A DNA stretch of 63,725 bases, filler included, from Perkinsus chesapeaki ATCC PRA-425 (lineage: Eukaryota; Protista; Perkinsozoa), in assembly GCA_013115145.1 (NCBI GenBank). It is 9 parts of 9 records of this genome, joined end to end, with 100 filler letters (N's around TTAATTAATTAA, not from the genome) between each part and the next. Parts side by side here need not be neighbours in the genome. Positions count along the whole stretch, not along the records: positions 59,623 to 62,308 come from JAAPAO010001543.1; positions 62,409 to 63,725 come from JAAPAO010002042.1; 7 more parts are not named here. One strand, 5' to 3'. This document shows positions 59,731 to 63,725 of this stretch, piece by piece (within the stretch, counting starts at the first letter, position 1; each line of letters opens with the position of its first letter). The position numbers and the translations under genes were made by a program. Below the pieces are notes generated by a model. The model was not told where the DNA came from. It saw only the letters and a program-made list of their open reading frames with translations, and ran no database searches.

Positions 59731-60109
59731 CACCACTTTATTAAAAACACAGTACTTTCTCAACACTACTTTCACGTTTATATTACATCATCCTTATATC
59801 CCAATACGTTATATAATGTGAACTAACGGAGCGACGTACCATACATTACTCCTTTATTTCACATTCTCATTACCACCATATAATTCACATTCTCCTCTAT
59901 ATTACATCTTCCTTAAATGCAAGTGTGTTATACCATCACATACATGTGTATGTAACACACGTTAAGTGCTGTTTTACAAATAAAGCCAATGCGGTGATTA
60001 GACTGTGAACTATCCGACTGATGTACGATAATTGATTCCCGTTTTGAAACACAGCATTTACCTTACACTATTGTCCAACTGCCAACAAGGGAAATCGAAT
60101 TCTCTCACC

Positions 60110-61104
60110 AAGTCGCCGGGCCAAATTTCCTATTCCCGTCAGTATTATTACACAGAAAAGAATCCCTCCTGAGAGTCGTCATATTGCCCATTGAAGCAGC
60201 TCTTATTGAAGTACTTCCACACATTAACCAAATGACCTGAAAAGAAAATGGAACCCAAAGGCAAGTACAAGTATCATGGTGAGAGCCACGTAACGATATT
60301 AACGGTTTATCGGTACCCGAGAAAACTTTTCCAGGCGGCAACCTGCGCTTACGTTAACGGTTAATTCCTTATCCCTTGAATTTCTATCAATGCATAGAAA
60401 GAGAGAGTTTATACCGCTATCAGAAATTTTACAACAAAATAGTCCTCAACGGAGTAGAAAATTGCTACAATTACGCAACACAGTTAAAGAGGTCTCCATT
60501 TCCTGATACCAAACAAACACAGTTAAAGAGCTTTCCATTTCCTAATACTAAACAAACACAGTTAAAGAGCTTTCCATTTCCTAATACTAAACAAACACAG
60601 TTAAAGAGCTTTCCATTCCCTAATACTAAACAAACACAGTTAAAGAGCTTTCCATTTCCTAATACTAAACAAACACAGTTAAAGAGCTTTCCATTTCCTA
60701 ATACTAAACAAACACAGTCAAAGAGCTTTCCATTTCCTAATACTAAACCAACACAGTTAAAGAGGTCTCCGCTTCCTGATACTAAACCAACACAGTTAAA
60801 GAGGTCTCCGCTTCCTGATACTGAACCAACACAGTCTCCCTATTCCCCAATTACTACCAGCTTCCTTCTTAGAATCCTCATCACTATCCAAAGCATCATC
60901 ACCCCGTAAAATCTGGTCCCTATGGTCGTCATACCATGCCCGTTCCTGTGGATCGCTCAACACTTCATTTGCCTCGGTGATAAGCTGGAACATCTATACA
61001 GGGGAACTGCTAAGGATGAATCACACAGGGAAGTAGGTACCTGTGTGGCCTCGTCAGAGTTCTGGTTTTTATCAGGATGCCATTTCAAAGCGAGCTTGCG
61101 GTAC
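60110..61104 (-). CDS. DNAJC21: DNAJC21/Jjj1-like J-domain protein (partial, possibly disrupted)
   Basis: [43 protein letters not shown], spliced to [28 protein letters not shown] then TAA. Confidence 0.75.
60478..60829. repeat. 39-bp minisatellite x9 inside the DnaJ intron (60237-60857)
   Basis: Unit acacagttaaagagctttccatttcctaatactaaacaa with variant terminal copies. Confidence 0.95.
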
Positions 61105-62136
61105 CTACAGAGCTGCCAAATCACTCCAGGACATACTTTACTGCGTAAAACAAGCAAGATGCTATAATGAGCGACAAAATACTCAGACTAAATGCCGGGG
61201 AACCACCTTCTACATACAAGGCAAGATCAACGGTGATAGCACCTAATCGTTATTAATAATGATGACCAGTCATTGGACTCCTATGCCGGAGCATAGACTT
61301 TCAACATCTGCAGGATCGGCTTCCACTCGACCACATGAGAGCAGCTGAAGTATATATATGAAAAACTGGTCGAGCATAATAGCATTTCTGTACGCCAAAT
61401 CGCTCAAGTCGCACCAATGAGTGTTTGTAAAGTTCACAACGTTGAGAAATCTCCTTCGCTGTCCCTTCGGCAATGCTTTAGTTAACCAAAATGGGACCTC
61501 AGGTAGTCCGTGCCCGGCCATATAAAAGCGGTACAGTACTTCAAATTCATTATTTATCACCATCTTATTAAAATGAAATTCACTGAGTTGGGCAACGCAA
61601 CGCTGCCTACCCTTCCTTGCCCGTAAAATACAGCTCTCCTCGTTGATTTTTGATTTAACACGCCTCCCCCTTATTACGCCTTTTTAATATCATCTGCCGT
61701 GCAGTTACGCTCTACACCAAGAATGTCATAGTAACATGTTTTCATTAAGAGAAACGTCACCTGACATACAATGTGAATGCTCCAACAGAAATCTCAGAAA
61801 TGCCGCACTACACACGTCCCGCAGGAGTATAATTTTTGCATCTAGCGGCCTTTAGGCGGACCGACGCTTGGTTAGAGAAAGACGATGAAGCGTGGAACAA
61901 TACACGAGCATAAGAGGCTTCTTCCGTACCGCAATGATGCTTTGAACTTTCGATCGTGCTAAGTGCCACTTAGAACAATTTTGCACTTAGACACTACTAG
62001 TGGGCAGACCGGGGCGAGTAGACTCTTGCACTGGTTTGCAAGAGCGGCTTACTAGTAGTAGACCTACGAAGTGCCATAAGATTATGCTGCAAGTGACCTT
62101 CACATAACCATGAGAAAAAAATAAAGAAAAATCTTC

Positions 62137-62272
62137 GGCCTGGGACTCGAACCCACGACATAAGCCGGATAGGTATCCTTTTTTTGTCATTGAAGGGCCC
62201 ACGGGAGGCCTTAGCCTATCCGTGGAGAAGCCGGAATAACTTGACTCAGCATTACCACCACCACTCGGTAGA
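62137..62272 (-). repeat. tRNA-derived element (A-box and B-box separated by a hairpin insert)
   Basis: Minus strand: TACCGAGTGGT ... GTCGTGGGTTCGAGTCCCAGGCC then T-rich tail. Confidence 0.55.
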
Positions 62273-62308
62273 CGCAATTCCTCAGTCGTAGGCATGAGAA
62301 TGAGAGAC

Positions 62309-62408
62309 NNNNNNNNNNNNNNNNNNNNNNNNNNNNNNNNNNNNNNNNNNNNTTAATTAATTAANNNNNNNNNNNNNNNNNNNNNNNNNNNNNNNNNNNN
62401 NNNNNNNN
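62309..62408. other. Artificial contig spacer 8
   Basis: 100 nt of N containing TTAATTAATTAA. Confidence 0.97.
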
Positions 62409-62700
62409 ACTGCACAACAATGGAGCCTTAAGCTCAGCTCGACGCTAGTACTGCTACTAATGTACTAAGTTAAGATTAGATCTCCAGATTCTTGCCTCAC
62501 TTTGGTTCCTTGAGTTCCCTGATGGTTAACACACTCCCCCCAATGGACTGTGTATCGCAAGGTGCTGAGATTGACTCGGTGGAGATCTTGTAACATGGAG
62601 CGCGGCTCCAGTCCTCGAGTGAAGTAGCGCTCGCGTGCCGGACGGATGAACAGCCTTTTTCCACGAAATAATTTCATATAAACAGTTGTTGTCTCTAAAA

Positions 62701-63468
62701 ATGAGATTTTCTACTATTTGTTTGTTGATAGCCTCTCAGTCTGTGCTCAAGGCTGTTGCCCAGCCCGTTGGCAAGTATGTCTATGTCGAAGAAGATGGGA
62801 AGTATCGCCTTGCCTTCGATGTCGACCAGGGTGGCCGTGTCTCGATCAGCTTCGTTACCCCATCCGGTGGTTTCAACGATGGTAGTTATCCACTTATCCA
62901 ACAAGACAAATCCACTTTTGGTGTGAATATTTTTGTTGGCTTAAACTGGTACATCAGACTAGTTTTCATGTACGCCAGAATGCTGCCAACGTACAGTGGC
63001 GTCTTTCCCCGTCTTGGTGACCTCACTACCTTCACTTTTACATCTGATAACGGTTTGTATGTCAAGCTAGGTGGCCGAAGGCTGCTGTTGCACAAAGAAA
63101 CCTCCACTTTACCAGTGGGCGAGTTCCAGTATACTTTGGGTGAATTCCCGTTGGTCTGGTTTCACATAAGCTACAACATTCACCCCAATGGCGAACTCGA
63201 TACGAAGTTCCTCTGTACGGATATCCTCGCGGCCCCTGTATCATTCAACCTCACCAAGAGCGATAAGCCGGAGCAGAATGAGACCTATTATTTGTCTCCC
63301 CCCGATAGAGTTGATGAGTTGAAAGGTGCGATCAATCACGTTTGCCCGGGCTTCCCGTTCCAGCCAAACGACCTAACAAGCATTGTCTTTGAGAATGAGT
63401 CCACGATCCTCATCACTCTCGGGGGAGACCTGTTACGCCTACGCAAAGGGGGATCGACACCTCCATAG
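62701..63468 (+). CDS. Secreted lineage-specific protein with two tandem ~120-aa domains
   Basis: Signal peptide MRFSTICLLIASQSVLKAVA; PVGKYVY...DLTTFTFTSDNGLYVKLGG and PVGEFQY...DLTSIVFENESTILITLGG. Confidence 0.75.
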   Translation: MRFSTICLLIASQSVLKAVAQPVGKYVYVEEDGKYRLAFDVDQGGRVSISFVTPSGGFNDGSYPLIQQDKSTFGVNIFVGLNWYIRLVFMYARMLPTYSGVFPRLGDLTTFTFTSDNGLYVKLGGRRLLLHKETSTLPVGEFQYTLGEFPLVWFHISYNIHPNGELDTKFLCTDILAAPVSFNLTKSDKPEQNETYYLSPPDRVDELKGAINHVCPGFPFQPNDLTSIVFENESTILITLGGDLLRLRKGGSTPP

Positions 63469-63725
63469 AAGCTTCTATGTGCAATTGTGGCACTGCCACA
63501 GCACAAACTCAACTCTAGTATGTTTATCGCTGCCAGGGCTACTTTTTACTTGCTTAATTTTGTATTCGGCGCTCCTCAATGAGCTTTTGTGTGCACTTGC
63601 TTTGCAGGGTATGCCCGTACCTAGTCAACATGTGTGTGAGCTGTAGGGAGGCTGTTGTTGGTACCAGCCCCCGGGCTGTCACTGGAGAGAACGCGACCCG
63701 CCATACGCTAGAGGGATACAGGTCA

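Noticed and set aside
59623-60829. 43-bp and 39-bp repeats as CRISPR arrays
   Set aside because: Head-to-tail with no unique spacers, eukaryotic context, no cas genes.
60376-60909. 177-aa ORF of [13 protein letters not shown] repeats
   Set aside because: Antisense read-through of an intronic minisatellite whose unit is a multiple of 3.
27028-62408. TTAATTAATTAA repeated eight times, and ORFs ending in LIN or containing X runs
   Set aside because: Artificial six-frame-stop spacer between contigs; ORF ends at 45419, 59578 and ORFs such as 39449-39676 and 47396-47638 are artefacts.

Overview
Eukaryotic, intron-dense protist DNA, most likely Perkinsus or a related perkinsozoan alveolate. This is inferred from the very short GT-AG introns, alternative oxidase, a myzozoan-type NDUFA4-like complex IV subunit and lineage-specific secreted families. 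The window is nine contigs joined by eight artificial 100-nt N spacers, each containing TTAATTAATTAA, so adjacency across spacers is not biological. Recognisable host genes: two tandem NDUFA4/COXFA4-like genes, a DDHD phospholipase A1, a secreted mucin-like protein, a pepsin-family pseudo-protease, a CAMK/CDPK-like kinase, a truncated HSP70 with an in-frame TGA, two tandem AOX genes, a Cys-rich secreted protein, a PP2C (PTC7-like) fragment, a GNAT, prenylcysteine oxidase, a USP deubiquitinase and a DNAJC21-like J protein. Mobile DNA: a LINE 3' relic, a gag relic, an Ngaro/DIRS-type tyrosine-recombinase retroelement, a Ty3/Gypsy gag-pro-pol, and dispersed tRNA-derived B-box elements. The most notable item is an HUH-endonuclease/SF3-helicase Rep (58520-59522) that appears to be spliced in frame to upstream K/R-rich exons. 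All calls come from manual translation and motif recognition; no database searches were run and multi-exon boundaries are approximate.
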